A DNA stretch of 64,000 bases from Lachnospiraceae bacterium (GTDB lineage: Bacteria > Bacillota > Clostridia > Lachnospirales > Lachnospiraceae). Location: contig JAQXFO010000022.1 in assembly GCA_029005135.1 (NCBI GenBank), positions 2,589 to 66,588 of the forward strand, written 5' to 3'. Positions 1 through 10,054 of this stretch are shown here, piece after piece (within the stretch, counting starts at the first letter, position 1; every line of letters begins with the position of its first letter). Below the pieces are notes generated by a model. That model did not search any database and was not told the DNA's origin. It saw only the letters and a list, made by a program, of their open reading frames with translations. The translations under genes were made by a program, and so were the position numbers.

Positions 1-2302
1 TTTTCACGGATCCGTTGAAATCCACGGTCACTTCGAAATCCCGTCCGCCGTCGCGGATGCTCATGACCGTGCCTTCACCGAAGCGCATGTGACGCACCCG
101 GTCACCGACGGCATAATCGAGAGTCCCTTTGCCGGCGGTCCCGCTGCCGGCCGCGCTGTTGGCCCGGCTTACGGCTGTGCCTGAGACCTTACTGTCAGTC
201 TTACTGCCGGCCTTGCTGACGGCCCCGCCGCCGAAGCCGCTGCCGGTTCTGCCGAACGCTTCGGTGCCGGCAAAGGCCTTCGTGCGGAAGGCTTCCTTCA
301 TACGGGCATAGGTGTTGTTCGACGGGATATCGACAGTCGGGCGACGGGTGCCTTCCCCTGCCGGTGTCTCGATTTCCACGAGTTCCCGCGGAATCTCCCG
401 GATAAAGCGGGACATGGGATTGAGCTGGACCTCGCCGCGGACGAGCCGTTCCCTGGCACAGGTGAGGGTCAGCGTCTTGCGGGCCCGGGTTATGCCCACA
501 TAGGCCAGACGGCGTTCCTCCTCCATATCCCCGTCATCCTCGGCATTCATGGCCATGTAGCTGGGAAAGAGGCCGTCCTCCATGCCCACCATGGCCACAT
601 GGTCGAATTCCAGACCCTTGGCGGAATGAAGGGTCATCAGCAGAATCTTGTCATCGCTCTCGTCCACATCGTCGATATCGGCGATGAGGGCCACTTCTTC
701 CAGAAAGCCCGACAGCGTCGGGCTTTCGCTGCCTTCTTCGTAGGTAACAGCCTTGGAGATCAATTCATCGATGTTTTCAAGACGGGCCTGGGAATCCTCG
801 GTGTTCTCCTCCTTAAGCTCCGCCGCGTAGCCGGTCTTGTCAATGACCTCGCGGATCAGATCGCTGATGCTGATCTGACGGCTGAGGAGCCGCATTTTTT
901 CAATAAAATCGGTAAAAGCCAGCACCTTGTCAGCGCTCCGGCCAAGGCCCGGCACCAGGTCGGCCTCCCGGGCGGCTTCGTAGAAGGTCAGGCCGCCGCA
1001 CTCGGCATAATCCGCGATCTTGCCCAGGGTCGCCGCACCGATGCTCCGCTTCGGCACATTGATGATGCGGCGTACCGCCACCGTGTCCACGGCATTGTCG
1101 ATCGTCTTGAGGTAAGCCAGCACATCCTTGATCTCGCGGCGGGAATAGAAGTTCGTGCCGCCGACGATGCGATAGGGAATATTGGCCATCAGGAACTTTT
1201 CTTCGAAGAGGCGGGACTGGGCATTCGTCCGGTAGAGTATGGCACAGTCTTTATAGGCACACTCGCCCCGGCGGACCTTGCCGGCAAAGTCGGAAGCCAC
1301 ATAGGAAGCCTCCTCAAAGCCGTTCGGGAAGCGGCGCAGACAGATGGGGCCGCCGCGGCCGTTCTCCGTCCAGAGGCGCTTCCGCTTCCGGCCGGTGTTG
1401 TTGGCGATCACCGCATTAGCCGCGTCAAGGATCGTCTGGGTCGAGCGGTAATTCTGCTCAAGACGCACCACATGGGCCTTGTCAAACTGCTTCTCGAAGC
1501 CCAGGATATTGCCGATGTTGGCGCCTCGGAACTTGTAGATACTCTGATCGTCGTCGCCGACGACGCAGAGATTGCCGTAACGCGAAGCCAGAAGCCGGAC
1601 CAGCTCAAACTGGGCGTTATTCGTATCCTGATACTCATCGATCATCTGGTAGCGGAAACGCTCCTGATAGATAGCGAGGATATCGGGTCTTTCCCGGAAG
1701 AGGCGGACGGTCTCCACGATGATATCATCGAAGTCCATGGCGTTGCTTTCCTTGAGGCCCTCCTGATAGAGCTTGTAGAGCTCGCCGATCTGCCTGAGCC
1801 GATAGTCGCCGCTGTTTTCCCGCAGGAACCGCGCCGGACCGATGAGTTCGTCCTTGGCCGAGGAGATGACGCCCAGAACGGTTTTCTCCTTGAGTATCTT
1901 GGGGTCGATCTGACGGCGCTTGAAGATCGTCTTCATCAGTGACAGCTGATCGTCGGTGTCATAAATGGAAAAATACCGGGTATAGCCCAGCTCCTCGGCG
2001 TGGCGGCGCAGCACGCGCACGCAGAAGGCATGGAAGGTCATGACCCAGACAGCCTCGGCGCCGAAGCCCACCATCGCGTCGACGCGCTCCCGCATCTCCC
2101 GGGCCGCCTTATTGGTGAAGGTAATAGCCAGGATCTGTCCCGGATCAACGCCGCAGCTGTCGATGAGGTAGGCAATGCGGTGGACGATCACCCGTGTCTT
2201 GCCGGAACCGGCGCCGGCCAGTATTAAAAGCGGTCCTTCTGTGTGGAGGACCGCTTCTTTCTGTTCTTTATTCAAACCGCTGATAATCTCGTTTGCAGAC
2301 AT
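1..2302 (-). CDS. pcrA: ATP-dependent DNA helicase PcrA/UvrD family (3' end runs off the window start)
   Basis: Absent from the ORF track because it is open at the window edge. Reverse translation from the ATG at 2302 gives MSANEIISGLNKEQKEAVLHTEGPLLILAGAGSGKTRVIVHRIA (Walker A GSGKT). The codons at the edge read DYAVGDRVRHMRFGEGTVMSIRDGGRDFEVTVDFNGSVK, a typical PcrA C-terminal tail. Confidence 0.9.
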   Translation of the reverse strand, partial: MSANEIISGLNKEQKEAVLHTEGPLLILAGAGSGKTRVIVHRIAYLIDSCGVDPGQILAITFTNKAAREMRERVDAMVGFGAEAVWVMTFHAFCVRVLRRHAEELGYTRYFSIYDTDDQLSLMKTIFKRRQIDPKILKEKTVLGVISSAKDELIGPARFLRENSGDYRLRQIGELYKLYQEGLKESNAMDFDDIIVETVRLFRERPDILAIYQERFRYQMIDEYQDTNNAQFELVRLLASRYGNLCVVGDDDQSIYKFRGANIGNILGFEKQFDKAHVVRLEQNYRSTQTILDAANAVIANNTGRKRKRLWTENGRGGPICLRRFPNGFEEASYVASDFAGKVRRGECAYKDCAILYRTNAQSRLFEEKFLMANIPYRIVGGTNFYSRREIKDVLAYLKTIDNAVDTVAVRRIINVPKRSIGAATLGKIADYAECGGLTFYEAAREADLVPGLGRSADKVLAFTDFIEKMRLLSRQISISDLIREVIDKTGYAAELKEENTEDSQARLENIDELISKAVTYEEGSESPTLSGFLEEVALIADIDDVDESDDKILLMTLHSAKGLEFDHVAMVGMEDGLFPSYMAMNAEDDGDMEEERRLAYVGITRARKTLTLTCARERLVRGEVQLNPMSRFIREIPRELVEIETPAGEGTRRPTVDIPSNNTYARMKEAFRTKAFAGTEAFGRTGSGFGGGAVSKAGSKTDSKVSGTAVSRANSAAGSGTAGKGTLDYAVGDRVRHMRFGEGTVMSIRDGGRDFEVTVDFNGSVK

Positions 2303-2311
2303 AATTCTCCG

Positions 2312-2956
2312 TTACCGCGATGTCTCCGGATCCTTCCTGCGGCTGCCGGCCTTATGGCGCACCGTCTTCGGATCGGGCATATCGTCGATCAGTTTTTCAA
2401 TCATCTGTTTCTTAACATAAACATCAAAGCTCAGCAGGCAGATGAAGGCAAAATCATGCAGATAGGCCTTGTCTTCTTCATCACAGCCTTCAAAATCCAG
2501 ATTCGACAGCTCATAGCGGCGGATCAGATCCTTGGCCATGTAGCCCAGCTGGCCGTGGATCATATCATAAATCAGCCGGTAAACCTTTTCAACATTGAAA
2601 TCTTCGCCGCTGTTGAAATACGTCTCGGTCAGCGGTGTGATCAGGGTCTCGATGTCGCTGATGGACAGAAAGCTCTTGAAATAGTAGATGAAAATGAAGA
2701 TCAGCAGGTGCTCCTTGCTGTACTTTTTTCTGTCCGGCGGCGGAATGAGCCCGTTCTTCGCATAATTGTTGATCATGGTCTTCGTCATGATCTTGTCATC
2801 GTCGTGACGGCGGCAGCTTTTGAGCCGCTCCTCCATGAAAGTCGTGACCTGATCCATGTAGAGGGCGATATCCGGCACGTCCTGCGGCCTGATGTAATCC
2901 ATCCCGGCAAAATTGTTCAGAATCTTCCGGATGCTTTCCTTTATCTCCGTATCCAT
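2312..2956 (-). CDS. DUF1836-like protein
   Basis: ORF 2312..2992 (TTG). The preferred ATG at 2956 (MDTEIKE) has GAGAGG 5 nt upstream. YMDQVTTFMEE...KTMINNYAKNGLIPPPDRKKYSKEHL resembles the DUF1836 signature as I remember it. It ends 9 nt before the pcrA start. Confidence 0.7.
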   Translation of the reverse strand: MDTEIKESIRKILNNFAGMDYIRPQDVPDIALYMDQVTTFMEERLKSCRRHDDDKIMTKTMINNYAKNGLIPPPDRKKYSKEHLLIFIFIYYFKSFLSISDIETLITPLTETYFNSGEDFNVEKVYRLIYDMIHGQLGYMAKDLIRRYELSNLDFEGCDEEDKAYLHDFAFICLLSFDVYVKKQMIEKLIDDMPDPKTVRHKAGSRRKDPETSR

Positions 2957-3115
2957 AAAAACCTCTCGGAAAAAGGTGTTGTCGTATGACAACGTCGATA
3001 CATGGTTTTAAAAACTAATTCCTATATTATAATCCCGCCGCCAAAAACTCAAGAAAAAATGCCTGACAGTTTCACCGGCCGCGGGCGGCCGGGCGGAGAC
3101 CTGTCAGGCACTGTG

Positions 3116-3466
3116 TCAGTTATTGTCTTGCTTTTTCGATCCTTCACCGGCTTTTGCGGCCGCTTCTTCGGCCTTTTTGGCCTCGGCCAGGCGGCTCCAG
3201 ACAAGCTCGTAGCCGTCATTGCCGTAGTTCAGGGAGCGCCCGACTCGGCTGATGGTCGCCGTGGATGCGCCGGTTTTCTCGGAGATCTTCATATAGGTCT
3301 CCCCGGCATTCAGCATGCGTGCCACCTCCTGGCGCTGGGACAGGGACAGGATCTCGTTGATGGTGCACAGATCTTCGAAGAAACGGTAGCATTCTTCTCG
3401 GTTCTTCAGGCAGAGGATCGCGTCAAACAGCAGATCCACCTCGGGATTATGCAGCTTCTTTTTCAT
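3116..3466 (-). CDS. YerC/YecD family TrpR-like DNA-binding protein
   Basis: ORF 3116..3484 (GTG). The ATG at 3466 (MKKKLHNPEVDLLFDAIL) has GAGAGGTG upstream. ...SQRQEVARMLNAGETYMKISEKTGASTATISRV is the TrpR-like helix-turn-helix of the YerC family. Proximity of yerC to pcrA is also seen in Bacillus. Confidence 0.8.
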   Translation of the reverse strand: MKKKLHNPEVDLLFDAILCLKNREECYRFFEDLCTINEILSLSQRQEVARMLNAGETYMKISEKTGASTATISRVGRSLNYGNDGYELVWSRLAEAKKAEEAAAKAGEGSKKQDNN

Positions 3467-3488
3467 AAGCACCTCTCTCGTCACGGTA

Positions 3489-4274
3489 TCAAAGCACCTT
3501 GCCCAGGAATTCCTTCAGCCGTTCATCTTTCGGATTCTCAAAGAATTCCTCCGGTGTGCCTTCCACCCTGATCCGGCCTTCATCCATAAAGAGGATGCGC
3601 GTGCCCACCTCGCGGGCAAAGCCCATCTCGTGGGTAACGCAGACCATGGTCATCTTTTCCCGGGCCAGTTCCTTCATCAGGTCAAGGACCTCACCGACCA
3701 TCTCCGGATCGAGAGCCGATGTCGGTTCATCGAAAAGCATCACTTCCGGATTCATGCAGAGGGCACGGACGATGGCGATACGCTGTTTCTGCCCGCCGGA
3801 AAGCTGGCTCGGATAGGCATTGGCCCGGTCTTCAAGACCGACGCGCCGCAGGTATTTCATCGCCAGCTCCTCGGCTTCGGCCTGAGACTTGCCCTGGAGT
3901 TTTTCCGGCCCCAGTGTCAGGTTGCGCAGAATCGTCATATGGGGAAACAGGTTGAAATGCTGGAATACCATGCCCATGTGCTGGCGGTGACGATCAATAT
4001 CGACCTTTTTATCGGTGATATCCTCACCCTCAAAGTATATATGACCGCCGGTGGGTATTTCAAGCAGGTTCAGCGAGCGGAGGAAAGTGGATTTGCCCGA
4101 GCCCGAGGGCCCGATCACGACCACGACCTCCCCCCGGTAGATATCGGTGGTAATGCCGTTCAGGGCATAGACAGCCTCTGCGGACTGCTTTTTCTTCCGG
4201 CCTCTGGCGGCAAAGCACTTTTCCAGACCCTCCACGCGGATCAGAGGCTCTTCGCGGTTGTTTTCAGCGTTCAC
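3489..4274 (-). CDS. polar amino acid ABC transporter, ATP-binding protein
   Basis: Walker [10 protein letters not shown], signature [15 protein letters not shown] and Walker [12 protein letters not shown]. The GTG start overlaps the permease stop. Confidence 0.92.
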   Translation of the reverse strand: MNAENNREEPLIRVEGLEKCFAARGRKKKQSAEAVYALNGITTDIYRGEVVVVIGPSGSGKSTFLRSLNLLEIPTGGHIYFEGEDITDKKVDIDRHRQHMGMVFQHFNLFPHMTILRNLTLGPEKLQGKSQAEAEELAMKYLRRVGLEDRANAYPSQLSGGQKQRIAIVRALCMNPEVMLFDEPTSALDPEMVGEVLDLMKELAREKMTMVCVTHEMGFAREVGTRILFMDEGRIRVEGTPEEFFENPKDERLKEFLGKVL

Positions 4275-4968
4275 TGTCTCTCAGCCTCCTTTCCAGTTTA
4301 CCCAGAAGCCAGGTGAAGAAGCCGACCATACCCAGATAGATCAGCGCCACCGCGATCAGCGGCATGAAAGCACTGAAGGTACGGCTTCGGATAAGGTCGC
4401 CGGCCTTGGTCAGATCCTGCAGGGCGATATAACCGGCAACGGAAGTTTCCTTGAGAAGGGTGATGAACTCGTTGCCCAGAGCCGGCAGGACATTCTTGAA
4501 GGCCTGGGGCATAATGATGTATATCATCGTTTTGGTGTAGTTGAAGCCCAGGGACCGGCCCGCCTCCAGCTGGCCGATATCGATGGACATGATGCCGGAA
4601 CGGACGATCTCCGAGACATAGGCGCCGGAGTTGAGGCCGAAGGCCAGCACCGCCACCACCACTTTGCTGATGTTGACGGAGGAAAAGATGACGAAGTAAA
4701 TAATCAGCAGCTGAACGACGACCGGTGTACCGCGGATCACCGTGGTATAGACCTTGGCGACGGCATTGGCGATGCGGAGTCTGCCGGTCTGATCATGGGT
4801 TGCCCGGATGATGGCCACCACAAATCCCAGAACAATACCGATAATCAGGGCAAAAAGGGTGACCTCCAAAGTAACGCCGAGACCGCTGAGAAGAATCTTC
4901 CAGCGGTCTTCGGCAATAAAATTGGCATGAAACTGACTGCCAAAATTAGAGATAACATTGTCGAGCAT
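4264..4968 (-). CDS. polar amino acid ABC transporter permease (His/Glu/Gln/Arg/opine family)
   Basis: Multi-TM protein with an EAA-like loop ([24 protein letters not shown]). It sits between the binding protein and the ATPase. Confidence 0.9.
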   Translation of the reverse strand: MLDNVISNFGSQFHANFIAEDRWKILLSGLGVTLEVTLFALIIGIVLGFVVAIIRATHDQTGRLRIANAVAKVYTTVIRGTPVVVQLLIIYFVIFSSVNISKVVVAVLAFGLNSGAYVSEIVRSGIMSIDIGQLEAGRSLGFNYTKTMIYIIMPQAFKNVLPALGNEFITLLKETSVAGYIALQDLTKAGDLIRSRTFSAFMPLIAVALIYLGMVGFFTWLLGKLERRLRDSER

Positions 4969-4974
4969 GAGTGT

Positions 4975-5772
4975 TTATTCCTTTACGATAACAGCCTGCT
5001 TGGCAGTCATATAAGCATCGGAGAAGTCCACATTCTGCTTGCGATCTTCGTTCACCGTCAGGCCGGCCATACCGAAGTCGCATTTGCCGGTGGAGATAGC
5101 GGCGATGATGGAATCGAACTTCATATCTTCGATGACCAGTTCATAGCCCAGCTTGTCGCAGATAGCCAGGGCGATCTCGGCATCGATACCGACGATGTCT
5201 TCGCCTTCATAGTATTCATACGGCGGGAAGTCAGCCGAGGTGGCCATCTTCAGGGATCCGTTCGGATAAGTGGTGCCTTCCGGTGTGACATAGGCATGCT
5301 CCACCGGCTTGTTGTCGCTCTGGGCTGTCAGATAAGCCTCAACAATAGCATCGAAGGTGCCTTCGGCGATCAGTTCGGCCATAGCCTCATTGAAAGAAGC
5401 GGTCAGCTCGGAGCCCTTGCCGAAGGCGATGGCGTATTCTTCCTCGGTATACGGGGAATCCAGGATCGTCAGGCCTTCGGTCTGGGACACAAAGGTCTTG
5501 GCCGGTGAATCGTCAATGATGACGGCGTCAATCTTGCCCTGGGACAGAGCCTGAACGGCTTCAAAGCCGGAGTTGTAACGCTCGACGGCACCGACACCCA
5601 GTTCTTCGTCTTCAGAGATATACAGGTCGCCGGTGGTACCGGTCTGAACACCGACCTTCTTGCCGGCCAGCTGATCAACGGATGTGATCTTATCGGCTTC
5701 CTTCGTCTGGCCGCAGGCTGTCATACCGAGAACCATAGCGGCGGTCAGGACAAGACATACTAACTTTTTCAT
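4975..5772 (-). CDS. amino acid ABC transporter substrate-binding lipoprotein
   Basis: Lipoprotein signal MKKLVCLVLTAAMVLGMTACG. Family-3 SBP-like body. AAGGAGG SD upstream of the ATG at 5772. Confidence 0.9.
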   Translation of the reverse strand: MKKLVCLVLTAAMVLGMTACGQTKEADKITSVDQLAGKKVGVQTGTTGDLYISEDEELGVGAVERYNSGFEAVQALSQGKIDAVIIDDSPAKTFVSQTEGLTILDSPYTEEEYAIAFGKGSELTASFNEAMAELIAEGTFDAIVEAYLTAQSDNKPVEHAYVTPEGTTYPNGSLKMATSADFPPYEYYEGEDIVGIDAEIALAICDKLGYELVIEDMKFDSIIAAISTGKCDFGMAGLTVNEDRKQNVDFSDAYMTAKQAVIVKE

Positions 5773-5836
5773 GAAAAATCCTCCTTGGAAATACTGATTG
5801 ACTATCTTGTTTGGCTAAACGCATTCATATTTGAAA

Positions 5837-5865
5837 ATTTTATCACGGCACAGCGTGACGGTAAA
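5837..5865 (-). promoter_or_regulatory. candidate sigma-A promoter of the ABC operon (TTTACC-17-TAAAAT)
   Basis: Minus strand reads TTTACC gtcacgctgtgccgtga TAAAAT. The spacer contains the palindrome TCACG-N6-CGTGA. Confidence 0.45.
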
Positions 5866-5989
5866 GCATAATATTAAGAAAGCATGAATTTTATGCAAAA
5901 CAGGCCGGCGCGCGTCTTTTCATTTCTTCTTTTCATCACACTTTAAAGATGATAAGATGATATGAGATTTTCTATCGGAGAAATACGCT

Positions 5990-6508
5990 ATGACTGATAC
6001 ACAGACGCTGTACAAACTGATATTGCTTTACATGCTCCGCCGTGTCACCTATCCGCTGTCCAACACGCAGCTGATGAGCTTTCTTATCGATCAGAAATAT
6101 ACCGACTACTTCCATGTGCAGGAAGCCATCAACGATCTGGAGGATGCGCACCTGATCTCCCGCGAGAAGATCCGCAACACCTCCCAGTACAGTGCAACAG
6201 CTGAGGGGGAACAGACGCTGGAATATTTCGTATCGGATATCCCCGCCGAGATCCGCGCCGATGTGGATGCCTATCTCAAGAGAAATGCCTACGATATCCG
6301 CAACGAATCCTGCGTCCGCGCCGATTACGACAGGACGGAGTCCGGCGATTATGCCGTCCACTGCCAGGTGCGTGAGGGCGCCGAGACGGTCATTGACCTG
6401 ACGCTGACCGTGCCCACCGAGGATATGGCGGCGACGGTCTGCTCAAAATGGCCGGACAAATCTTCCGAGATCTATCTGTCGCTGATGAATGCCTTCTTTA
6501 AAAAATGA
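5990..6508 (+). CDS. DUF4364-like (PadR/winged-helix-like) protein
   Basis: The N-terminus YKLILLYMLRRVTYPLSNTQLMSFLIDQKYTDYFHVQEAINDLEDAHLI resembles the DUF4364 family of Clostridia as I recall it. Confidence 0.65.
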   Translation: MTDTQTLYKLILLYMLRRVTYPLSNTQLMSFLIDQKYTDYFHVQEAINDLEDAHLISREKIRNTSQYSATAEGEQTLEYFVSDIPAEIRADVDAYLKRNAYDIRNESCVRADYDRTESGDYAVHCQVREGAETVIDLTLTVPTEDMAATVCSKWPDKSSEIYLSLMNAFFKK

Positions 6509-6563
6509 TCCGTCCGGCTGCGAATAAAAAGCGCATAGGCTGCATAAAACACGCTATAAAAAA

Positions 6564-6598
6564 AGCTGAAGAGACGTCACTGTCCCTTCAGCTTTTTT
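6564..6598. terminator. bidirectional hairpin terminator (DUF4364 gene / rarA)
   Basis: AGCTGAAG (6564-6571) pairs with CTTCAGCT (6586-6593). It is flanked by an A-run upstream and a T-run downstream. The 3' arm overlaps the last rarA codons. Confidence 0.6.
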
Positions 6599-7896
6599 AA
6601 ATTCGCCATGACGGTTTCCTCATATCCCAGGCCCGTCGGCTCATAGAATCGCTCGCCGAGGATCTCGTCGGGCAGATACTGCTGCTCTACCCAGTGGTTA
6701 GGATAATCGTGGGCATAGCGGTAGCCCACGGCTTTTTTTTCGTCGCCTTCGCCGTTGGCGTGGATGTTCATCAGATGCCCCGGCGTCGATGTTCTCTTTT
6801 CCCGGACCGACTGCATCGCCTTGTTTACCGCCAGATAGGAGGCGTTGCTCTTGGGCGCCGTCGCCACATAAACCGCGGCTTCTGAGAGCAGAATCCTTGC
6901 CTCCGGCATACCAACCCTCTCCACGGCCAGGGCTGCTGCCGTTGCCACCACCAGAGCCTGCGGATCGGCCATGCCCACATCCTCGGAGGCACAGATCATG
7001 ATGCGCCGGCTGATGAACTTGATGTCTTCTCCCGCCTCCAGCATCCTTGCCAGATAATAGACCGCCGCATCGGGATCGGAACCGCGCATGGATTTGATAA
7101 AGGCCGAAATCGTATCGTAATGCTGTTCGCCGTCCTTGTCATAGCGGACAATCTTCTTCTGGATGCAGTCGGAAGCCATGGCCCTGTCGATGACGATGCG
7201 CCCGGAGGCATCCGGATCCGTCGTCAGCACCGCCAGCTCCAGGGCATTAAGCGCCCCGCGGGCATCACCGCCGGCCGCCTCAGCCAGAAAGTCCCGGGCC
7301 TCCGGCAGAAGCTCGGCCCGGAAGGCTCCCAATCCCCGGTCTTCGTCCGCCATGGCCCGATCCAGAAGGGCGGCGATATCCGCCGTCTCCAGCGGGTGAA
7401 GTTCAAATAGCGTTGACCGCGACAGCAGAGCGGAATTCACTTCAAAGTAGGGATTCTCGGTGGTCGCGCCGATAAGCACCAGGGTACCGTCCTCCACATA
7501 GGGCAGCAGATAGTCCTGCTGGGCCTTGTTGAAGCGGTGGATCTCATCGATAAAAAGGATCGTGCGGCGGCCGTAGCCGCCCATGAGGGTTTTTGCCTCC
7601 TCCACCACCGTTTCCATGTCCTTTTTGCCGGCGGTGGTGGCGTTGATCTGACGGAACTCGGAGCGGGTGGTCCGGGCGATCACCTGTGCCAGAGAGGTCT
7701 TGCCCGTGCCCGGCGGGCCGTAGAAGATCACAGAGCTCAGCTTATCGGCCTTGATAGCCCGGTACAGAAGGCGGCCCTTACCGATGATGTGCTGCTGTCC
7801 CACCACCTCCTCCAGCGAGCGCGGGCGCATCCGCGACGCCAGAGGGGACGTCTTTTCTTTTCTGGTTTCTTTTACATAATCAAACAAATCCATCAT
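6577..7896 (-). CDS. rarA: replication-associated recombination protein A (AAA+ ATPase RarA/MgsA)
   Basis: FYGPPGTGKTSLA Walker A, ILFIDEIHRFNK Walker B and a MgsA C-terminal domain. Start trimmed to ATGATG at 7896 (MMDLFDYV) with GGAGGTG upstream. The track's extension to 8061 would overlap the symporter gene. Confidence 0.92.
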   Translation of the reverse strand: MMDLFDYVKETRKEKTSPLASRMRPRSLEEVVGQQHIIGKGRLLYRAIKADKLSSVIFYGPPGTGKTSLAQVIARTTRSEFRQINATTAGKKDMETVVEEAKTLMGGYGRRTILFIDEIHRFNKAQQDYLLPYVEDGTLVLIGATTENPYFEVNSALLSRSTLFELHPLETADIAALLDRAMADEDRGLGAFRAELLPEARDFLAEAAGGDARGALNALELAVLTTDPDASGRIVIDRAMASDCIQKKIVRYDKDGEQHYDTISAFIKSMRGSDPDAAVYYLARMLEAGEDIKFISRRIMICASEDVGMADPQALVVATAAALAVERVGMPEARILLSEAAVYVATAPKSNASYLAVNKAMQSVREKRTSTPGHLMNIHANGEGDEKKAVGYRYAHDYPNHWVEQQYLPDEILGERFYEPTGLGYEETVMANLKKLKGQ

Positions 7897-7961
7897 GACA
7901 CCTCCGGATCTTGACAGCAGACCGATACCCCCGGGACCGGCTGACCGGTCGGATCCGTCAC

Positions 7962-9377
7962 TCAGTTCCAGAAATCGGTCTTTTCGCGAATGCCGATATC
8001 GGCAGCCTTGAATACCGGGTTGAGGCCGCGTTTCTTCTGGTCCGTATAGTCCTCCAGGCAACGGATAGCCCTGCCGCCCAGGATCAGGATCACCGGCATG
8101 TTAACGCAGACGATCAGCCCCTGCAGCATATCCGCCGTATCCCAGACGATACCGGCGCTGGCGGCGGCACCGGCCAGAACGATGAGCGACGCCGCCAACC
8201 GGAAGGCCAGAAGCTCAACCTTCTTCGGCTTGCGGTGGATGATGAATTCCAGACAGCCTTCACAGTAGGAATAGTTGCCGATCAGCGTGGTAAAGGCAAA
8301 GAGGGACATCGCGATCGCCAGGAAGATCGGGCCGTAATCGCCGAAGACCGTCGCCAGAGAGGCCTGAACGTAGGGCGCACCGGCCAGTTCCGCCGTCGGT
8401 TCCACCGTGGTGCTCAGGCACAGCAGGCCCGTCGCGCTGCAGATCAGCAGCGTATCGATGAAGACGGACAGCATCTGCACGATGCCCTGCTTGGCCGGAT
8501 GCGACACATCGGCAGTGGCCGCCGCATTCGGTGCGGAGCCCATGCCGGCTTCATTGGAATAGAGGCCGCGCTTGACGCCGTACATCACGCAGGAGCCGGC
8601 AAAGCCGCTGAAAATGGCTTTCACATTGAAGGCATCGGACAAAATGCCGGCGAACATCGCCGGCAGGCGGCCGGCATTGATCACCAGAACCACCAGTGAG
8701 GCCAGCACATAGATCACACCCATGACCGGCACCAGCACTTCGGTAAAATGCGCCAGCCGGCGGGCACCGCCGATGACAATGATGCCGAACAGCACCGCCA
8801 GGATGATGCCGATGACGACCGGCGTGGAAGTTTTATCATAGAAATCAAAGGCCGCAAAGGTCGTCTGCAGGTTATAGGCCGCCAGCATGTTATAGCCGAC
8901 AGCGTAGATCAAGATGATCAGAAAGGAGAAGATCACGCCGAGCCAGCGCTGACCGAGGGCATCCTGCATGTAGAAGGCCGGACCGCCGAAGCTGGAGCCG
9001 TCGGGATTTTTCTTCTTATAGATCTGCGCCAACGTCGATTCCACAAAGGCGGTAGCCCCGCCCAGGATTGCCGTTATCCACATCCAGAAGAGGGCGCCGG
9101 GACCGCCGAGGCAGATGGCCATCGATACGCCGATGATGTTGCCGGTGCCGACGCGGGAGGCTGTCGAGACCATCAGGGCGCCGAAGGAGGAGATGCGGCC
9201 GGCCTTTTCCGGCTTTTCCAGAACGACGCGGAAGGCCTCGCCGAGGCAGCGGACCTGGATAAAACGGCTGCGGATCGTGAAGCAGAAGCCGCCGATCAGC
9301 AGAATAAGGGGCACGAACCAGGGCTGATACAGAAATGCGGAGATGGCTTTGATAACGTCATGAAGGGCGCTGAGCAT
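7962..9377 (-). CDS. alanine/glycine:cation symporter (AGCS family)
   Basis: Roughly 470-aa polytopic membrane protein. SSFGALMVSTASRVGTGNIIGVSMAI and YSNEAGMGSAPNAAATA are AGCS family hallmarks. ATG at 9377 (MLSALHDV). Confidence 0.9.
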   Translation of the reverse strand: MLSALHDVIKAISAFLYQPWFVPLILLIGGFCFTIRSRFIQVRCLGEAFRVVLEKPEKAGRISSFGALMVSTASRVGTGNIIGVSMAICLGGPGALFWMWITAILGGATAFVESTLAQIYKKKNPDGSSFGGPAFYMQDALGQRWLGVIFSFLIILIYAVGYNMLAAYNLQTTFAAFDFYDKTSTPVVIGIILAVLFGIIVIGGARRLAHFTEVLVPVMGVIYVLASLVVLVINAGRLPAMFAGILSDAFNVKAIFSGFAGSCVMYGVKRGLYSNEAGMGSAPNAAATADVSHPAKQGIVQMLSVFIDTLLICSATGLLCLSTTVEPTAELAGAPYVQASLATVFGDYGPIFLAIAMSLFAFTTLIGNYSYCEGCLEFIIHRKPKKVELLAFRLAASLIVLAGAAASAGIVWDTADMLQGLIVCVNMPVILILGGRAIRCLEDYTDQKKRGLNPVFKAADIGIREKTDFWN

Positions 9378-9411
9378 GGGGGAAAGTCCTCTCTTTGTTA
9401 TATTTTCGGAT

Positions 9412-9444
9412 AAAAAAAAGCTGCACACTACAGACGTGCGCAGC
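9412..9444 (-). terminator. intrinsic terminator after rplT
   Basis: Minus-strand RNA forms GCUGCGCAC-loop-GUGUGCAGC (9 bp including one G.U) followed by UUUUUUUU. Confidence 0.75.
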
Positions 9445-9457
9445 CATTATGTCACTG

Positions 9458-9814
9458 TCAGGCCAGTTTGGACTTGGCGATCTCAGCCAGAGCGGCGAAA
9501 CCGGCTTTGTCATTCACAGCCATCTCGGCCAGCATCTTGCGGTTGATGTTGATATCAGCCACCTTCAGGCCGTGCATCAGCTTGCTGTAGGACAGACCGT
9601 TCATACGGGCAGCGGCATTGATACGGGTGATCCACAGTTTGCGGAAATCTCTCTTTCTCTGCTTACGGCCGGCGAACTGGGCTGTCAGAGCACGCATAAC
9701 GGACTGTTTTGCGATGCGGTACTGTTTTGATCTGGCGCCATAATAACCTTTGGCGAGCTTCAGAACACGATTATGTCTTTTCTTGGCGTTAACGCCACCT
9801 TTAATTCTTGCCAT
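9458..9814 (-). CDS. rplT: 50S ribosomal protein L20
   Basis: [29 protein letters not shown]... is canonical L20. Confidence 0.97.
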   Translation of the reverse strand: MARIKGGVNAKKRHNRVLKLAKGYYGARSKQYRIAKQSVMRALTAQFAGRKQRKRDFRKLWITRINAAARMNGLSYSKLMHGLKVADININRKMLAEMAVNDKAGFAALAEIAKSKLA

Positions 9815-9833
9815 TTTTCTGTCCTCCCCTTCA

Positions 9834-10031
9834 TTACAGATACGGTAAAATCTTCTTCATGACCTTTGCATTCGTCGCATCTGTCATGGTCGCCTGGCGC
9901 AGATTTCTCTTTGTCTTGCGGGATTTCTTTGTCAGAATATGGCTCTTGTAAGCTTTCATTCTTTTCAGTTTGCCGGAACCAGTCACTTTGAAACGTTTAG
10001 CGGCGGCCCGTTTTGTCTTCATTTTCGGCAT
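9834..10031 (-). CDS. rpmI: 50S ribosomal protein L35
   Basis: [24 protein letters not shown]... is canonical L35. Confidence 0.96.
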   Translation of the reverse strand: MPKMKTKRAAAKRFKVTGSGKLKRMKAYKSHILTKKSRKTKRNLRQATMTDATNAKVMKKILPYL

Positions 10032-10054
10032 GATGTATAGTCTCCTCTCTTAAT

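Noticed and set aside
599-1942. 447-aa plus-strand ORF at the window start, and 2243..2989 (248 aa)
   Set aside because: They are antisense to pcrA (open-ended, so missing from the ORF track) and to the DUF1836-like gene. The minus-strand frames carry helicase and DUF1836-like motifs.
7897-8061. 55-codon N-terminal extension of rarA in the ORF track
   Set aside because: The extension (MPGGLYGPEETRPQPGIQGCRY...) overlaps the 3' end of the symporter gene and has no homology logic. ATGATG at 7896 has a GGAGGTG SD and yields the normal RarA N-terminus.
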